Positions 12,980 through 28,330 are shown, counted from the first letter of the stretch. The stretch is DNA of 64,000 bases from Escherichia coli (GCF_016026235.1 NZ_CP065613.1); one strand, 5' to 3'. Notes: generated from the sequence alone by a model not told the origin. A program made the numbers and translations.

Positions 12980-14221
12980 ATGAACAAAACGCTAATCGCC
13001 GCAGCTGTGGCAGGGGTAGTTTTACTCGCTTCAAACGCTCAGGCACAAACCGTACCGGAAGGCTATCAGCTACAGCAAGTGCTCATGATGAGCCGCCATA
13101 ACTTACGTGCGCCGCTGGCGAACAATGGCAGTGTGCTGGAGCAGTCGACGCCGAATAAATGGCCCGAATGGGACGTCCCCGGTGGGCAACTCACCACCAA
13201 AGGTGGCGTACTCGAAGTGTATATGGGCCATTACATGCGTGAATGGCTGGCAGAGCAGGGGATGGTAAAATCGGGGGAATGCCCGCCGCCGGACACCGTT
13301 TATGCCTATGCCAATAGTCTGCAACGTACCGTTGCGACCGCACAGTTCTTTATTACCGGCGCATTCCCGGGGTGTGATATTCCTGTGCATCACCAGGAAA
13401 AAATGGGCACTATGGACCCAACCTTTAACCCGGTGATCACCGATGATTCCGCCGCATTCAGTGAACAGGCGGTGGCGGCAATGGAGAAAGAGCTCAGCAA
13501 ACTCCAGCTTACCGACAGCTACCAGCTACTGGAAAAAATCGTTAACTATAAAGATTCCCCTGCCTGTAAAGAGAAACAACAGTGTTCGCTGGTGGATGGC
13601 AAAAATACCTTTAGCGCCAAGTATCAACAAGAACCAGGTGTTTCCGGGCCGCTGAAAGTCGGCAACTCGCTGGTAGATGCGTTTACTTTGCAATACTACG
13701 AAGGTTTTCCGATGGATCAGGTGGCCTGGGGAGAAATCAAATCTGACCAGCAATGGAAGGTGTTGTCGAAGCTGAAAAACGGTTACCAGGACAGCCTGTT
13801 TACCTCACCGGAAGTGGCGCGCAATGTTGCGAAACCGCTGGTCAGTTATATCGACAAAGCCCTGGTCACCGATCGCACCAGTGCACCAAAAATCACGGTG
13901 TTAGTTGGGCATGACTCCAACATTGCCTCTCTGTTAACGGCGCTGGATTTCAAACCGTATCAGTTGCATGACCAGAACGAACGCACGCCGATTGGCGGCA
14001 AAATCGTTTTCCAGCGTTGGCATGACAGCAAAGCCAATCGCGATTTGATGAAAATTGAATATGTGTACCAGAGTGCGGAACAGTTACGTAATGCCGATGC
14101 GTTAACCCTGCAGGCACCTGCGCAGCGCGTGACGCTGGAATTAAGCGGTTGCCCGATAGACGCTGATGGTTTCTGCCCGATGGATAAGTTTGATAGCGTG
14201 TTGAATGAAGCGGTGAAATAA
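12980..14221 (+). CDS. agp: periplasmic glucose-1-phosphatase Agp (histidine acid phosphatase)
   Basis: ORF track 12956..14221; [12 protein letters not shown] signal peptide start at 12980; RHNLRAP histidine acid phosphatase motif. Confidence 0.93.
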   Translation: MNKTLIAAAVAGVVLLASNAQAQTVPEGYQLQQVLMMSRHNLRAPLANNGSVLEQSTPNKWPEWDVPGGQLTTKGGVLEVYMGHYMREWLAEQGMVKSGECPPPDTVYAYANSLQRTVATAQFFITGAFPGCDIPVHHQEKMGTMDPTFNPVITDDSAAFSEQAVAAMEKELSKLQLTDSYQLLEKIVNYKDSPACKEKQQCSLVDGKNTFSAKYQQEPGVSGPLKVGNSLVDAFTLQYYEGFPMDQVAWGEIKSDQQWKVLSKLKNGYQDSLFTSPEVARNVAKPLVSYIDKALVTDRTSAPKITVLVGHDSNIASLLTALDFKPYQLHDQNERTPIGGKIVFQRWHDSKANRDLMKIEYVYQSAEQLRNADALTLQAPAQRVTLELSGCPIDADGFCPMDKFDSVLNEAVK

Positions 14222-14228
14222 CAGAAAA

Positions 14229-14251
14229 CTCCCCCGCGAGAAGCGGGGGAG
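14229..14251. terminator. GC-rich hairpin (ctcccccgc-gaga-gcgggggag) between convergent agp and yccJ; the U-run is on the minus-strand side
   Basis: Perfect 9-bp stem read directly; flanking ttttct on the yccJ side. Confidence 0.6.
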
Positions 14252-14258
14252 TCGCTGG

Positions 14259-14486
14259 TTAAACGTTTTTACGTTCGATGGTCTGTTCGCCCCAAAAAAG
14301 CGAATCTTTATCGGTCTTAGCAAAGGCTTTGACTAACACTTCATCACTACCTTCTTCCCAAATCTTTTCCGCCATTTTTTCGTCGTACCCGGCGACTTCG
14401 AAAATGGCCTCGGCTATTTCCGGCGACGTATTGCGCAGAGATGCCCATTCACCGACGTGATGAGCTTTCGCTTCTTGAGTTGGCAT
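14259..14486 (-). CDS. yccJ: small protein YccJ
   Basis: 75-aa [17 protein letters not shown] upstream of and co-oriented with wrbA. Confidence 0.85.
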
Positions 14487-14506
14487 GCGTATCCTCCTGT
14501 TGAAGA

Positions 14507-15121
<615 letters not shown>

Positions 15122-15475
15122 TTATCTCTATTCCGTAGCGATTCGCTACCACTTATTTAAAGATAAGACGTCCTTTTCAGAGTGCAAATTTCACAACCAC
15201 TTATTTGATTTATAACAACTTTCACAAGCACGCAATTTTGTCGCAAAATGACACATTTTTATCTCATCGCGTTTTTTTAATCATAAGAGCGGCTTATGGA
15301 TAATTATTGGAGATGATATCTATTCTCGCTAAGAAGCTGTTGCAGGATATTACCAAACGCGGGTAGAAACACGTCAGTTCACTAAGCTTAGTCCCACGTA
15401 GCGAAAATATGGCAGCCGCCATACGCCGCGTTAATTCTATGCAATATGATGTCTATACCCAGACGGAGGTCAGTA

Positions 15476-15649
15476 ATGGCAAACCATCGAGGCGGTTCCG
15501 GCAATTTTGCAGAAGACCGCGAAAGAGCATCAGAAGCAGGTAAAAAAGGTGGACAGCACAGCGGGGGTAATTTCAAGAATGACCCGCAGCGCGCATCTGA
15601 AGCAGGTAAAAAAGGTGGCAAGAGCAGTCACGGCAAAAGCGACAACTAG
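15476..15649 (+). CDS. ymdF: KGG-repeat stress-induced small protein YmdF
   Basis: ORF track 15446..15649; MANHRGGSGNF start; repeated KKGG motifs; 57 aa. Confidence 0.8.
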   Translation: MANHRGGSGNFAEDRERASEAGKKGGQHSGGNFKNDPQRASEAGKKGGKSSHGKSDN

Positions 15650-15732
15650 CCGGGCTAATCAATGACGAATGCATTTTTTTCTTAGGCTCGTCAAAAAGTC
15701 ATCACCGCTGGGTAACCCCAGCGGTTTTCTGT

Positions 15733-17061
15733 TTATGGCTCCTGATGAACAACTTCTGGCGGTGGAACGTCAACTAACCTTCTACTTAACAACGCATTGA
15801 GCAAAATCGCGCCAAAGGTGGCTGTACCGATCCCTCCCAACGTAAAACCGCCCAGCGTGAGAGCAAAATCACCCGCGCCCAGCACTAAGGTTACTGCGAC
15901 CATAATCAAATTACCGTTCTGGCTTAAATCGACACGGTTTTGTACCCAGATCCTTGCGCCTGCGACGGCAATCAGCCCGAACACAACAATTGATGCACCA
16001 CCAATCACCGCGGCCGGAATGGTATGAATCAGCGCGCCAAATTTCGGTGAAAAGCCCAACAGCATGGCGATGACGGCAGCAGCGACAAACACCAGCGTCG
16101 AGTAGACTTTTGTCACGGCCATTACACCGATATTCTCGGCGTAGGTGGTTACGCCGCTGCCACCGACAGAACCAGAAAGCATCGTCGCCAGCCCATCACC
16201 GACGAATGCCCGCCCCATATACGGGTCCATATTGCGTCCGGTCATCCCGGCGACCGCCTTGAGATGACCTAAGTTTTCCGCCACCAGAATCACCGCCACG
16301 GGCGCAATCAGCATCATTGCCTGACTATTAAAAGCAGGAGTGGAAAAATGTGGCAAACCGAACCAGGCAGCATGGCTGACGAGAGTAAAATCGACGGCTT
16401 TTCCCAGCCCTAAAACGTTGGTCATCACGCCATACAGCAGACAGGCGACAATTAAACCTACGAGAATCAATAACCGCTGGATCATGCCACGGGTAAACAC
16501 CGCCACCAGCCCAATACACAGCACCGTCATTACCGCCATCCAGCTATCAAAGGCCGAAGCCGATACACTTTTCACTGCGATAGGCGCTAAGTTCAGGCCA
16601 ATCGCCATCACCACCGCACCCGTCACCACCGGCGGCATTAGTCGTTCAATCCAGCGTGTACCAATTTTCATCACCACCAGGCCAATGACGGTATAAACCA
16701 GCCCACAGGCGATAATCCCGCCCAGCGCAATGCTGATATTCGGGTTAATGCCCTGACCGTTAAAGCCCGTCGCGGCAATCACCACGCCGACAAAAGCCGC
16801 GCTGGAACCGAGATAACTGGGGACGCGCCCGCCGGTAATAAAGAAAAACAGTAACGTGCCGATCCCCGACATTAAAATGGAAAGATTGGGATCCAGCCCC
16901 ATCAGAATCGGCATTAACACCGTCGCGCCAAACATCGCCACCGCGTGTTGAACGCCCATTACTGCCGTCTGAGCAAACGGCAATCGTTCATACGGCGCGA
17001 CCACGCCGCTCTCTGTAGAGGTCGATTTTAACTGCCAGTGAGGAAAACCGAACATTGCCAT
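15733..17061 (-). CDS. rutG: pyrimidine (uracil) permease RutG, NCS2 family
   Basis: ORF track 15733..17175; MAMFGFPHWQLK start at codon 39; 442 aa polytopic transporter. Confidence 0.9.
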   Translation of the reverse strand: MAMFGFPHWQLKSTSTESGVVAPYERLPFAQTAVMGVQHAVAMFGATVLMPILMGLDPNLSILMSGIGTLLFFFITGGRVPSYLGSSAAFVGVVIAATGFNGQGINPNISIALGGIIACGLVYTVIGLVVMKIGTRWIERLMPPVVTGAVVMAIGLNLAPIAVKSVSASAFDSWMAVMTVLCIGLVAVFTRGMIQRLLILVGLIVACLLYGVMTNVLGLGKAVDFTLVSHAAWFGLPHFSTPAFNSQAMMLIAPVAVILVAENLGHLKAVAGMTGRNMDPYMGRAFVGDGLATMLSGSVGGSGVTTYAENIGVMAVTKVYSTLVFVAAAVIAMLLGFSPKFGALIHTIPAAVIGGASIVVFGLIAVAGARIWVQNRVDLSQNGNLIMVAVTLVLGAGDFALTLGGFTLGGIGTATFGAILLNALLSRRLVDVPPPEVVHQEP

Positions 17062-17081
17062 CAGCTGTCTCCTTAAGGAGG

Positions 17082-17576
17082 TTAACAAGCAGGGCGCATC
17101 AGCGCGTGATAACTGCGATCGAACCACACCAGCCCGTAGGGTGTGGCGTGACGATGAATCGCTTCGATGGCGCAAAACAGAATGTCGTGGGTGCCGACGC
17201 TCACCACCTGGCTGATACGGCAGTCAAACGAAACCAGAGCCTCTTCCAGTTGCGGGCATCCGGTCACACCCGTCTGCCAGCGGGCGGCGGCAAAGCGGTG
17301 TTCCATGGGCGTTTTGCCGCCAAAAAGATTTGAAAGCGGCTCCTGCCCGGCGCTCAGTGTATTTACACACAGCGTTCGATTTTCATTGAATACCGGCCAG
17401 ACGGACGCCCCACGATTCAGGCACACCAGTAATGTAGGCGGCGTGTCGGTCACGCTGCAGACCGCGCTGGCGGTGAACCCGGCGCGCCCGGCTGGACCAT
17501 CCGTGGTGATGATATTGACTGCCGCGCCCATACAGGACATCGCATCGCGAAAGGTTTGTTGATCGACAATGTTCAT
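17082..17576 (-). CDS. rutF: flavin reductase RutF
   Basis: ORF track 17082..17657; [14 protein letters not shown] start; 164 aa. Confidence 0.9.
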
Positions 17577-17586
17577 GGTTTGCTCC

Positions 17587-18177
17587 TTACAACAGCCCGC
17601 AGGCTTCTTCAAAGGACAGACGTGGCAGGCGCGCAAAAAGTTTGCTGCTATCGCCATAGCCGATATTAATCAGCAGATTGCTCTTCAGCGTGCTGCCCGC
17701 AAAAAAGGCGTCGTCAACGTGTTGACGGTCAAAACCCGACATCGGGCCGGTATCCAGTCCCAGCGCACGGCAGGCGACGATCAGATAGGCCGCCTGCATG
17801 GAACTGTTGCGAAACGCTGTTTCTTCGGCAAGTTGTGGGCTGGAGGTAAACCAACTGCGGGCATCGCCGTGAGGAAACAGTTGCGGTAACCGTTCATAAA
17901 ATTCACTGTCCCAGGCGACGATAGCGGTGACGGGCGCGGTCAGGGTTTTTTGCAGATTGCCGCTGGAAAGTGCCGGGCGCAGACGTTCTTTTCCTTCTGC
18001 CGTGCGGATAAACACGATCCGTGCCGGAGAACAGTTAGCTGATGTCGGCCCCCATTTCATCAGGGCATAAATCTCCCGTAACGTCTCATCGCTGACGGGT
18101 GTCTCCCGCCAGCCGTTGTGAGTGCGGGCATCGGTGAACAAGGTGCTAAGCGCACCTGGGCTAACGGCTTCGTTCAT
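17587..18177 (-). CDS. rutE: malonic semialdehyde reductase RutE (nitroreductase fold)
   Basis: 196-aa ORF. Confidence 0.9.
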   Translation of the reverse strand: MNEAVSPGALSTLFTDARTHNGWRETPVSDETLREIYALMKWGPTSANCSPARIVFIRTAEGKERLRPALSSGNLQKTLTAPVTAIVAWDSEFYERLPQLFPHGDARSWFTSSPQLAEETAFRNSSMQAAYLIVACRALGLDTGPMSGFDRQHVDDAFFAGSTLKSNLLINIGYGDSSKLFARLPRLSFEEACGLL

Positions 18178-18186
18178 AGCAATTCC

Positions 18187-18987
18187 TTACAGGGCGGCTT
18201 CACGGTGATGTAACAGGCTGGCAAGCCCGTTGAGTAACAGAGCATTAAACGTTTCGGGGTCGGTCACGTTGCAGGCGTGTCCGCCATAGCGCATCACCAT
18301 TTTCTGGCTATCGGGCAGGGCGGCATGAAGCTCACTGGAACATGCTGATGGCACCAGCAGATCATCACTGGCGCAGATGATTTGCACCGGGCAGCGGATG
18401 CGATCCGCATGGTGACTAAAGTCAGCGCGTTTGAGGGCGTTAAGTCGACGCAGTAAATTATTTTTGCCCTGAAAATGCGCCAGTGCCAGCGCGTCTTCTG
18501 CCTCAAGGCGAGGTGCGCGGGCCGCCATCCAGTCGGCGGGATAGAGGAACAACGGCTGCGCTTCCACCCATGCCTGCGCGCCGCCGCTATACAGTAATCG
18601 TTCGCGAACCTGAAAACAGCGGCGCGTATGGGCGTTTATTCGTAGCCAGCCGTTAACGCTGATCAGCACAGTTACCGACGCGGGATAATCCAGCGCCAGC
18701 TGCATTCCCACCAGCGCACCGAGCGCATGGCCGACCACCGCGTAATGCTCAATCCCTGCGGCTACCAGCGCCTGATGCAGTTCCGCTGCCATCTGGGCGA
18801 TACTGTAATCTTCTGCCAGCGTGTCGGGATTATTGCCGGTGCCGCGCTGGTCGTAACAGACTACCTGATACTCCTGCTCCAGCACCGCCAGTTGCGGTAA
18901 CCAGTAACTGCCGCTACCGCCAAGACCCGAAATCAACACCACTACGGGCGCATCAGCATAAGGGGGAGGTGAGAGTGAAAGTTTCAT
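18187..18987 (-). CDS. rutD: aminoacrylate hydrolase RutD (alpha/beta hydrolase)
   Basis: ORF track 18187..19014; [26 protein letters not shown] start; 266 aa. Confidence 0.9.
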   Translation of the reverse strand: MKLSLSPPPYADAPVVVLISGLGGSGSYWLPQLAVLEQEYQVVCYDQRGTGNNPDTLAEDYSIAQMAAELHQALVAAGIEHYAVVGHALGALVGMQLALDYPASVTVLISVNGWLRINAHTRRCFQVRERLLYSGGAQAWVEAQPLFLYPADWMAARAPRLEAEDALALAHFQGKNNLLRRLNALKRADFSHHADRIRCPVQIICASDDLLVPSACSSELHAALPDSQKMVMRYGGHACNVTDPETFNALLLNGLASLLHHREAAL

Positions 18988-18994
18988 CGCGGCC

Positions 18995-19381
18995 TCACTT
19001 GGCGATATGCGCAATTGTGGCGATTTCCACCAGCGCGTCAGGTTTTACCAGTCCGCACTGAATGCAGAATCGCGCCGGTTTATCACCCGGAAAAAACTCG
19101 GCGTAGATTTCGTTAATCGCGGCGTAATTTTTCCAGTCGGTAATAAAGATGCTGTTGAAGGTCACATCCGCCATCGTGCCACCCGCCGTCTCGATCACCT
19201 TGCGGATAATTTCCAGAACGTGGCGGGTTTGCGCCTTTGGGTCATCGGCAAACAGCACGTTATTATGTTGATCAAAAGCCAGCGTACCGGAGACATACAC
19301 CACGCCATCAGCCAGCGTGCCGGGAACGAAGGGGGCCAGCGGTGCGCTGCTGCCAGCGGGAATAATTACGGATTTTGGCAT
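18995..19381 (-). CDS. rutC: aminoacrylate peracid reductase RutC (RidA/YjgF family)
   Basis: 128-aa ORF. Confidence 0.9.
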   Translation of the reverse strand: MPKSVIIPAGSSAPLAPFVPGTLADGVVYVSGTLAFDQHNNVLFADDPKAQTRHVLEIIRKVIETAGGTMADVTFNSIFITDWKNYAAINEIYAEFFPGDKPARFCIQCGLVKPDALVEIATIAHIAK

Positions 19382-19392
19382 CGTTAAACTCC

Positions 19393-21233
<1,841 letters not shown>

Positions 21234-21261
21234 ATCCTTTTCAGCCGCGTAATGGCTTGTT

Positions 21262-21277
21262 TGCAAAGCGGATGCCA
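21262..21277 (-). promoter_or_regulatory. sigma-54 (-24/-12) promoter of rutA: TGGCATCCGCTTTGCA on the minus strand
   Basis: GG-N10-GC element read as rc of tgcaaagcggatgcca, about 30 bp upstream of the rutA start; the rut operon is known to be sigma54/NtrC dependent. Confidence 0.7.
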
Positions 21278-21341
21278 GTTTTTAAAAAGTGAATGTTATT
21301 AATGTGTTAACATTGTGTTGTCTAAAATATCTGGTAAAAAG

Positions 21342-21357
21342 TGGACTAAACGGTCAA
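21342..21357. promoter_or_regulatory. candidate RutR operator (TTGACCGTTTAGTCCA-like imperfect palindrome) in the rutA-rutR intergenic region
   Basis: Matches the TTGACCAnnTGGTCAA RutR consensus at 11/14 positions. Confidence 0.35.
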
Positions 21358-21463
21358 AACAGTTGCACATAAAACATGCATCTGTGCGCGATGAGAGTGC
21401 AGAAGGTCGAGGCCGGGCGGGGGTTTTGCTATCCTGTTGCCAATCTACAAGAGGGGAGAGCGC

Positions 21464-22102
21464 ATGACGCAAGGCGCAGTGAAAACAACGGGTAAACGTT
21501 CGCGCGCAGTAAGCGCGAAGAAAAAAGCGATTCTTAGCGCAGCACTGGACACTTTTTCACAATTCGGTTTTCACGGCACAAGGCTGGAGCAGATCGCAGA
21601 GTTGGCGGGTGTTTCAAAAACCAATCTGCTGTATTACTTCCCGTCAAAAGAGGCGCTGTATATTGCCGTGCTGCGGCAGATTCTCGATATCTGGCTGGCA
21701 CCGTTAAAAGCGTTTCGTGAAGATTTCGCCCCGCTGGCGGCGATCAAAGAGTACATCCGTCTGAAGCTGGAAGTCTCACGCGATTATCCGCAGGCTTCGC
21801 GCCTGTTCTGTATGGAGATGCTGGCAGGCGCGCCGCTGTTAATGGATGAACTGACGGGCGATTTGAAGGCATTAATTGATGAGAAATCGGCGCTGATTGC
21901 CGGTTGGGTCAAAAGCGGCAAACTCGCGCCGATTGATCCGCAGCATTTGATTTTTATGATTTGGGCTTCCACTCAACATTACGCCGATTTCGCCCCTCAG
22001 GTGGAGGCGGTGACAGGCGCAACGTTGCGCGATGAGGTATTTTTCAATCAAACGGTTGAAAACGTGCAGCGGATTATTATTGAGGGGATTCGACCACGTT
22101 AA
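21464..22102 (+). CDS. rutR: TetR-family repressor RutR
   Basis: ORF track 21437..22102; MTQGAVKTTGKRSRAVSAKKKAIL start; TetR HTH; 212 aa. Confidence 0.9.
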   Translation: MTQGAVKTTGKRSRAVSAKKKAILSAALDTFSQFGFHGTRLEQIAELAGVSKTNLLYYFPSKEALYIAVLRQILDIWLAPLKAFREDFAPLAAIKEYIRLKLEVSRDYPQASRLFCMEMLAGAPLLMDELTGDLKALIDEKSALIAGWVKSGKLAPIDPQHLIFMIWASTQHYADFAPQVEAVTGATLRDEVFFNQTVENVQRIIIEGIRPR

Positions 22103-22141
22103 AGATGCCGGAGGAGGTTGTAACATCCTCCGGCTACCTGT

Positions 22142-25100
22142 TTAACCGATCGTCATTAAACTGGCGTTACCGCCAGCGGCAGCGGTATTCACACTCAGCG
22201 AACGTTCGATATACAGCCGTTCCAGAAGGATATTGCTTTCGCCACGGGCAAAACCCTGCACCGAAACAATTGCGCCATCCCGCGCAGCAACGGCTTCACA
22301 CAATGCGCGAAGCTGATCCGAATCACCGTGGAAGATCACCGCATCAAAGGGTTGAGCGGTTATATTTTCCGCTTTCGCCAGTTGAATACGTTCGCTGACT
22401 GCCGATGGCAATGCCTTTACTAGCTGACGATGCAGCGCGTCATCCGGCCACAGTACCTGGCTGCCCACCGCCAGCACGGCGGCGAGCTGAGTCAGCGCAT
22501 CCTGCTCATCATCGGCAATACACAACACGCGCTCACGCGGCAGCAGCGTCCAGGTGTTGCGTTCACCCGTCGGCCCTGGCAGCAATCGTTGTGTTCCTGC
22601 CTGCGCCAGCTCGCCATATTGCGTACATAACGCCTGCAATTCTGGACGATTTGCTGCCCATTCCCGCAGTGCATTTAGCGGCTGAGTCAATGCGGCTTTC
22701 AACTGCGCATCGACCGGATACTCTGCATCCTGACGCGCGAGCGTTACTGCCAGCGCACTTTCCGGGCGATTCGCCAGCAGACGGTAGAGATAGAGCGGGC
22801 CACCTGCTTTTGGCCCGGTGCCGGATAACCCTTCGCCGCCGAACGGTTGCACCCCGACTACTGCGCCCACCATATTACGGTTAACGTACAGGTTACCGAC
22901 ATGCGCCGAGCCAGTGACCTGGGCGATGGTTTCATCAATACGCGTATGAACGCCAAGCGTCAGACCATAACCGGAAGCGTTAATCTGCTCGATCAGCTCT
23001 GGTAGCTGGTTACGGTTGTAACGCACCACATGCAGCACCGGACCAAAGACCTCTTTGTGCAATTCGGCAAAGTCATCCAGTTCGATCAGCGTCGGGGCGA
23101 CAAAGGTGCCGCTTTGCCATTCACGGGCATCTTCGCTGTTTTCCCGCACCGCCTGGAACACCGGACGGCCTTTGCTACGCATGGTCTGAATATGGCGCTC
23201 AATATTGGCTTTCGCTTCGCTATCAATCACCGGACCGATATCGGTGGTCAGGCGACCCGGATTACCCATCCGGCATTCGGCCATTGCACCGCGCAGCATT
23301 TTCAACGTGTGGTCGGCAATCTCATCTTGCAGGCACAGCACGCGCAGTGCCGAACAACGCTGACCCGCACTGTCGAACGCCGAGGCCAGCACATCCACGA
23401 CGACTTGTTCGGTCAGTGCTGAAGAATCGACAATCATCGCGTTCATGCCGCCGGTTTCAGCGATGAGCGGAATAGGGCGACCCTGAGCGTCCAAGCGGCT
23501 GGCGATATTGCGCTGCAGTAACGTAGCGACTTCGGTTGAACCGGTAAACATCACCCCGCGTACGCGATCATCACCCGTCAGTTGCGCGCCCACGGTTTCC
23601 CCCTGACCTGGCAGCAATTGCACCACGCCAGGGGGTACACCCGCTTCCAGCAAAATGGCGATCCCTTGCGCGGCAATCAGCGGCGTTTGTTCTGCCGGTT
23701 TTGCCAGCACGCTGTTACCTGCCGCCAGTGCGGCAGCGATCTGCCCGGTGAAAATAGCCAGCGGGAAGTTCCACGGACTGATACACACCACAGGCCCTAA
23801 TGGACGGTGGGTTTCGTTAGCGAAATCATCCCGCACCTGTCCGGCGTAGTAGTGGAGAAAATCGACCGCTTCGCGCACTTCGGCAATGGCGTTACTGAAG
23901 GTTTTTCCGGCTTCACGCACCAGAATACCAATCAGTTGCTGCATCTGGCTTTCCATTAGCACGGCAGCGCGATGCAAAATCGCCGCGCGTTCAGCCGGAG
24001 GCGTGGCAAACCAGATTGGCGCGTTATTAACCGCACTTTCCAGCGCCTGTTCTACTTCACGCGGCGTGGCTTCACGCACAAAGCCCACAATATCTTTCGG
24101 TTCCGCAGGGTTAATAACGGGCGACATCTCACCTGCCGCTACCGGTTGTTCCAGCATTGGCAAGGCCTGCCATTTTTGCAGTGCACTATTGAGCAGGGCA
24201 GAGGAGAGCGAGGCCAGACGGTGTTCGTTAGCGAGATCCAGCCCTGCCGAGTTGTCGCGCCCGTGACCGTAAAGATCGCGCGGCAGGGGAATTTTCGGAT
24301 GCGGTAATCCAGTTTGCCCTTCCTGTTGCGCCAGTTTTTCTACAGCAGTGACCGGATCGGCGACCAGTTCATCCAGTGGCAAAGAGGTGTCGGCAATACG
24401 GTTAACAAACGAGGTGTTAGCACCGTTTTCCAGCAGGCGACGCACCAGATACGCCAGCAGCGTTTCATGTGTGCCAACCGGGGCATAAATACGACACGGT
24501 CGGTTAAGTTTACCGTCGGCAACTTTCCCGGTGACCTGCTCGTACAGTGGCTCGCCCATACCATGCAGGCACTGGAACTCGTACTGACCCGGATAGTAGT
24601 TCTGACCTGCCAGTTGATAAATCGCTGCCAGCGTATGGGCGTTGTGCGTCGCGAACTGCGGGTAGATTAGATTCGGCACCGCCAGCAGCTTTTTCGCACA
24701 GGCGAGATAAGAAACGTCGGTATACACCTTGCGGGTATAAACCGGATAGCCTTCAAGGCCGTCCATCTGCGCACGCTTGATTTCACTATCCCAGTACGCG
24801 CCTTTCACCAGGCGAATCATCAGACGGCGACGGCTGCGGGTGGCGAGATCAACCAGGTAATCGATCACCAACGGGCAGCGTTTTTGATAAGCCTGAATAA
24901 CAAAACCGATGCCGTTCCAGCCTGCCAGTTCCGGCTCGAAACAGAGATTTTCCAGCAGATCGAGGGAGATCTCCAGACGATCGGCCTCTTCGGCATCGAT
25001 GTTAATACCAATATCATACTGACGCGCCAGCAGGGTGAGTGATTTCAGACGCGGGTAAAGCTCTTCCATTACCCGGTCATACTGGGCGCGGCTGTAGCGC

Positions 25101-26104
25101 GGATGCAGCGCCGACAGCTTGATTGAAATGCCCGGACCTTCATAGATGCCACGACCGTTAGACGCTTTACCAATGGCGTGAATCGCCTGCTGATAGGAAA
25201 CCATATACGCCTGTGCGTCTGCGGCAGTCAGAGCAGCTTCGCCCAGCATATCGTAAGAGTAACGGAAACCTTTCTCTTCCAGCTTGCGGGCATTGGCTAA
25301 CGCTTCCGCGATGGTTTCACCCGTGACGAACTGCTCGCCCATCAGGCGCATCGCCATATCCACACCTTTGCGGATCAGCGGTTCACCGCTTTTACCGATA
25401 ATGCGGTTCAGCGAGCGGGAGAGGCTGGCTTCGTTATGGGTGGAAACCAGTTTGCCAGTAAACAACAGCCCCCAGGTAGCGGCATTAACAAACAGTGACG
25501 GGCTACGACCAATGTGTGACTGCCAGTTACCGTTGCTGATTTTGTCGCGAATTAACGCGTCGCGGGTGGCTTTGTCGGGAATACGCAACAACGCTTCCGC
25601 CAGACACATCAGCGCCACGCCTTCCTGCGATGACAGCGAAAACTCCTGCAATAACCCCTGGACCATACCTGCGCGACCACTGGCATTTTTTTGATTACGC
25701 AGTTTATCGGCCAGTTGATATGCCAGTTTATGCGCCTGTTCAGCAACTGGCTGCGGCAGGCGGGCTTGTTCCAGCAGCATAGAAACCGCTTCGGTTTCCG
25801 GGCGACGATAGGCCGCGGTGATCGCGGCGCGGGAAACCGACTGGGGCAAAATTTGCTCGGCAAAGTCGAGGAATGGCTGGTGTGGTTCCTCTGCCGGAGT
25901 CGGTGCTTCATCGCTCTCATTGGCAGCACCAGAAAGCAGCGCAGGTAGCTCTGGCAGAGTATCGCTGTTTTCCAGTTGTTCGAGATAAGAAAAAATCGCC
26001 TGCTTAATTAACCAGTGTGGCGTGCGATCGATACGTGTCGCGGCAGACTTAATACGCTCACGCGTCGCGTCGTCCAGCTTAACCCCCATGGTGGTGGTTC
26101 CCAT
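22142..26104 (-). CDS. putA: bifunctional proline dehydrogenase / P5C dehydrogenase and repressor PutA (1320 aa)
   Basis: ORF track 22142..26170; MGTTTMGVKLDDATRERIKSAA ribbon-helix-helix N-terminus from codon 23; PRODH and ALDH domains. Confidence 0.93.
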   Translation of the reverse strand: MGTTTMGVKLDDATRERIKSAATRIDRTPHWLIKQAIFSYLEQLENSDTLPELPALLSGAANESDEAPTPAEEPHQPFLDFAEQILPQSVSRAAITAAYRRPETEAVSMLLEQARLPQPVAEQAHKLAYQLADKLRNQKNASGRAGMVQGLLQEFSLSSQEGVALMCLAEALLRIPDKATRDALIRDKISNGNWQSHIGRSPSLFVNAATWGLLFTGKLVSTHNEASLSRSLNRIIGKSGEPLIRKGVDMAMRLMGEQFVTGETIAEALANARKLEEKGFRYSYDMLGEAALTAADAQAYMVSYQQAIHAIGKASNGRGIYEGPGISIKLSALHPRYSRAQYDRVMEELYPRLKSLTLLARQYDIGINIDAEEADRLEISLDLLENLCFEPELAGWNGIGFVIQAYQKRCPLVIDYLVDLATRSRRRLMIRLVKGAYWDSEIKRAQMDGLEGYPVYTRKVYTDVSYLACAKKLLAVPNLIYPQFATHNAHTLAAIYQLAGQNYYPGQYEFQCLHGMGEPLYEQVTGKVADGKLNRPCRIYAPVGTHETLLAYLVRRLLENGANTSFVNRIADTSLPLDELVADPVTAVEKLAQQEGQTGLPHPKIPLPRDLYGHGRDNSAGLDLANEHRLASLSSALLNSALQKWQALPMLEQPVAAGEMSPVINPAEPKDIVGFVREATPREVEQALESAVNNAPIWFATPPAERAAILHRAAVLMESQMQQLIGILVREAGKTFSNAIAEVREAVDFLHYYAGQVRDDFANETHRPLGPVVCISPWNFPLAIFTGQIAAALAAGNSVLAKPAEQTPLIAAQGIAILLEAGVPPGVVQLLPGQGETVGAQLTGDDRVRGVMFTGSTEVATLLQRNIASRLDAQGRPIPLIAETGGMNAMIVDSSALTEQVVVDVLASAFDSAGQRCSALRVLCLQDEIADHTLKMLRGAMAECRMGNPGRLTTDIGPVIDSEAKANIERHIQTMRSKGRPVFQAVRENSEDAREWQSGTFVAPTLIELDDFAELHKEVFGPVLHVVRYNRNQLPELIEQINASGYGLTLGVHTRIDETIAQVTGSAHVGNLYVNRNMVGAVVGVQPFGGEGLSGTGPKAGGPLYLYRLLANRPESALAVTLARQDAEYPVDAQLKAALTQPLNALREWAANRPELQALCTQYGELAQAGTQRLLPGPTGERNTWTLLPRERVLCIADDEQDALTQLAAVLAVGSQVLWPDDALHRQLVKALPSAVSERIQLAKAENITAQPFDAVIFHGDSDQLRALCEAVAARDGAIVSVQGFARGESNILLERLYIERSLSVNTAAAGGNASLMTIG

Positions 26105-26130
26105 GCCATTACTCCTGTTGTTCTGAAAGG

Positions 26131-26338
26131 TGCAACTTAACGTTATCGTGAAATATCCATGATGTTGCAACTTTGTGCAACCATGTTAAATGTGACCTGC
26201 ATAGCAAGCTTAAAAATGAATGAAATGTTAATAAAAGAAATCGATATGACAGGGATTAAAAAAATAACTCAGACTTTTTCTCTGCGGCAGTTAACATTTT
26301 TGAAAGGTGCAACCTCAAAAAATGTGAGAGAGTGCAAC
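26131..26338. promoter_or_regulatory. put control region with five PutA operator hexamers GTTGCA/TGCAAC (26131, 26164, 26176, 26308, 26333)
   Basis: Hexamers read in the divergent putA-putP intergenic region; the PutA RHH domain is known to bind GTTGCA. Confidence 0.75.
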
Positions 26339-26526
26339 CTGATGAAAAATAGTGTCGCTGAGCACTAAAATTTAATGTAAATGGTGTGTTAAATCGATTG
26401 TGAATAACCAGCGCTTCCGGCAGGATACGGTCGCCCTGGTAAAAAATAAACTCTGTTACCCCGTTCCGGTGGCAGATATAACGGCAAGTTTCGACATTGC
26501 CGATAATAATTTTTTGGAGACTTTAG

Positions 26527-28035
<1,509 letters not shown>

Positions 28036-28059
28036 GGGACTTAGCCTGCGGCGGTTTTG

Positions 28060-28330
28060 TTTGGCTTCAGCAGCGGGTTGCGCTCCCTTAATGTGCCTCG
28101 CCATATAAATTGAATGGTGCAGGGAGCGCGCAGGGGGCGGCCAATCGCCGCGGCCCCCTGCACCCCGGGCTCTGGCGAACAAAATCGCCGCTGCGCGGTA
28201 CCTTCAGCTTATCCCCTTCGGCTACCGGGTCGGGCGCGAGGTAACGTCCTGTAAGACGCGCCCTCAGCCCACATCCATGTGGGCTGCCCCGGCCTTCGGG
28301 GAACGCTTCAGCGATTTTGACGCCACCAAC
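28060..28330. repeat. cluster of GC-rich palindromic units in the putP-efeU intergenic region
   Basis: Successive inverted repeats: gcgctccc...gggagcgc, gcagggggcggcc...ggccccctgc, cagcccacatccatgtgggctg, ccccggccttcgggg. Confidence 0.5.

Noticed and set aside
22142-26104. Numerous 60-160-aa ORFs on both strands inside putA, torA, torS, opgH, rutA and others (e.g. 22405..22884, 6090..6812, 7475..8188, 53291..53776).
   Set aside because: They are fully embedded in, or antisense to, long well-supported genes. They are GC-rich with skewed composition and no RBS, and look like ORF-finder artefacts.
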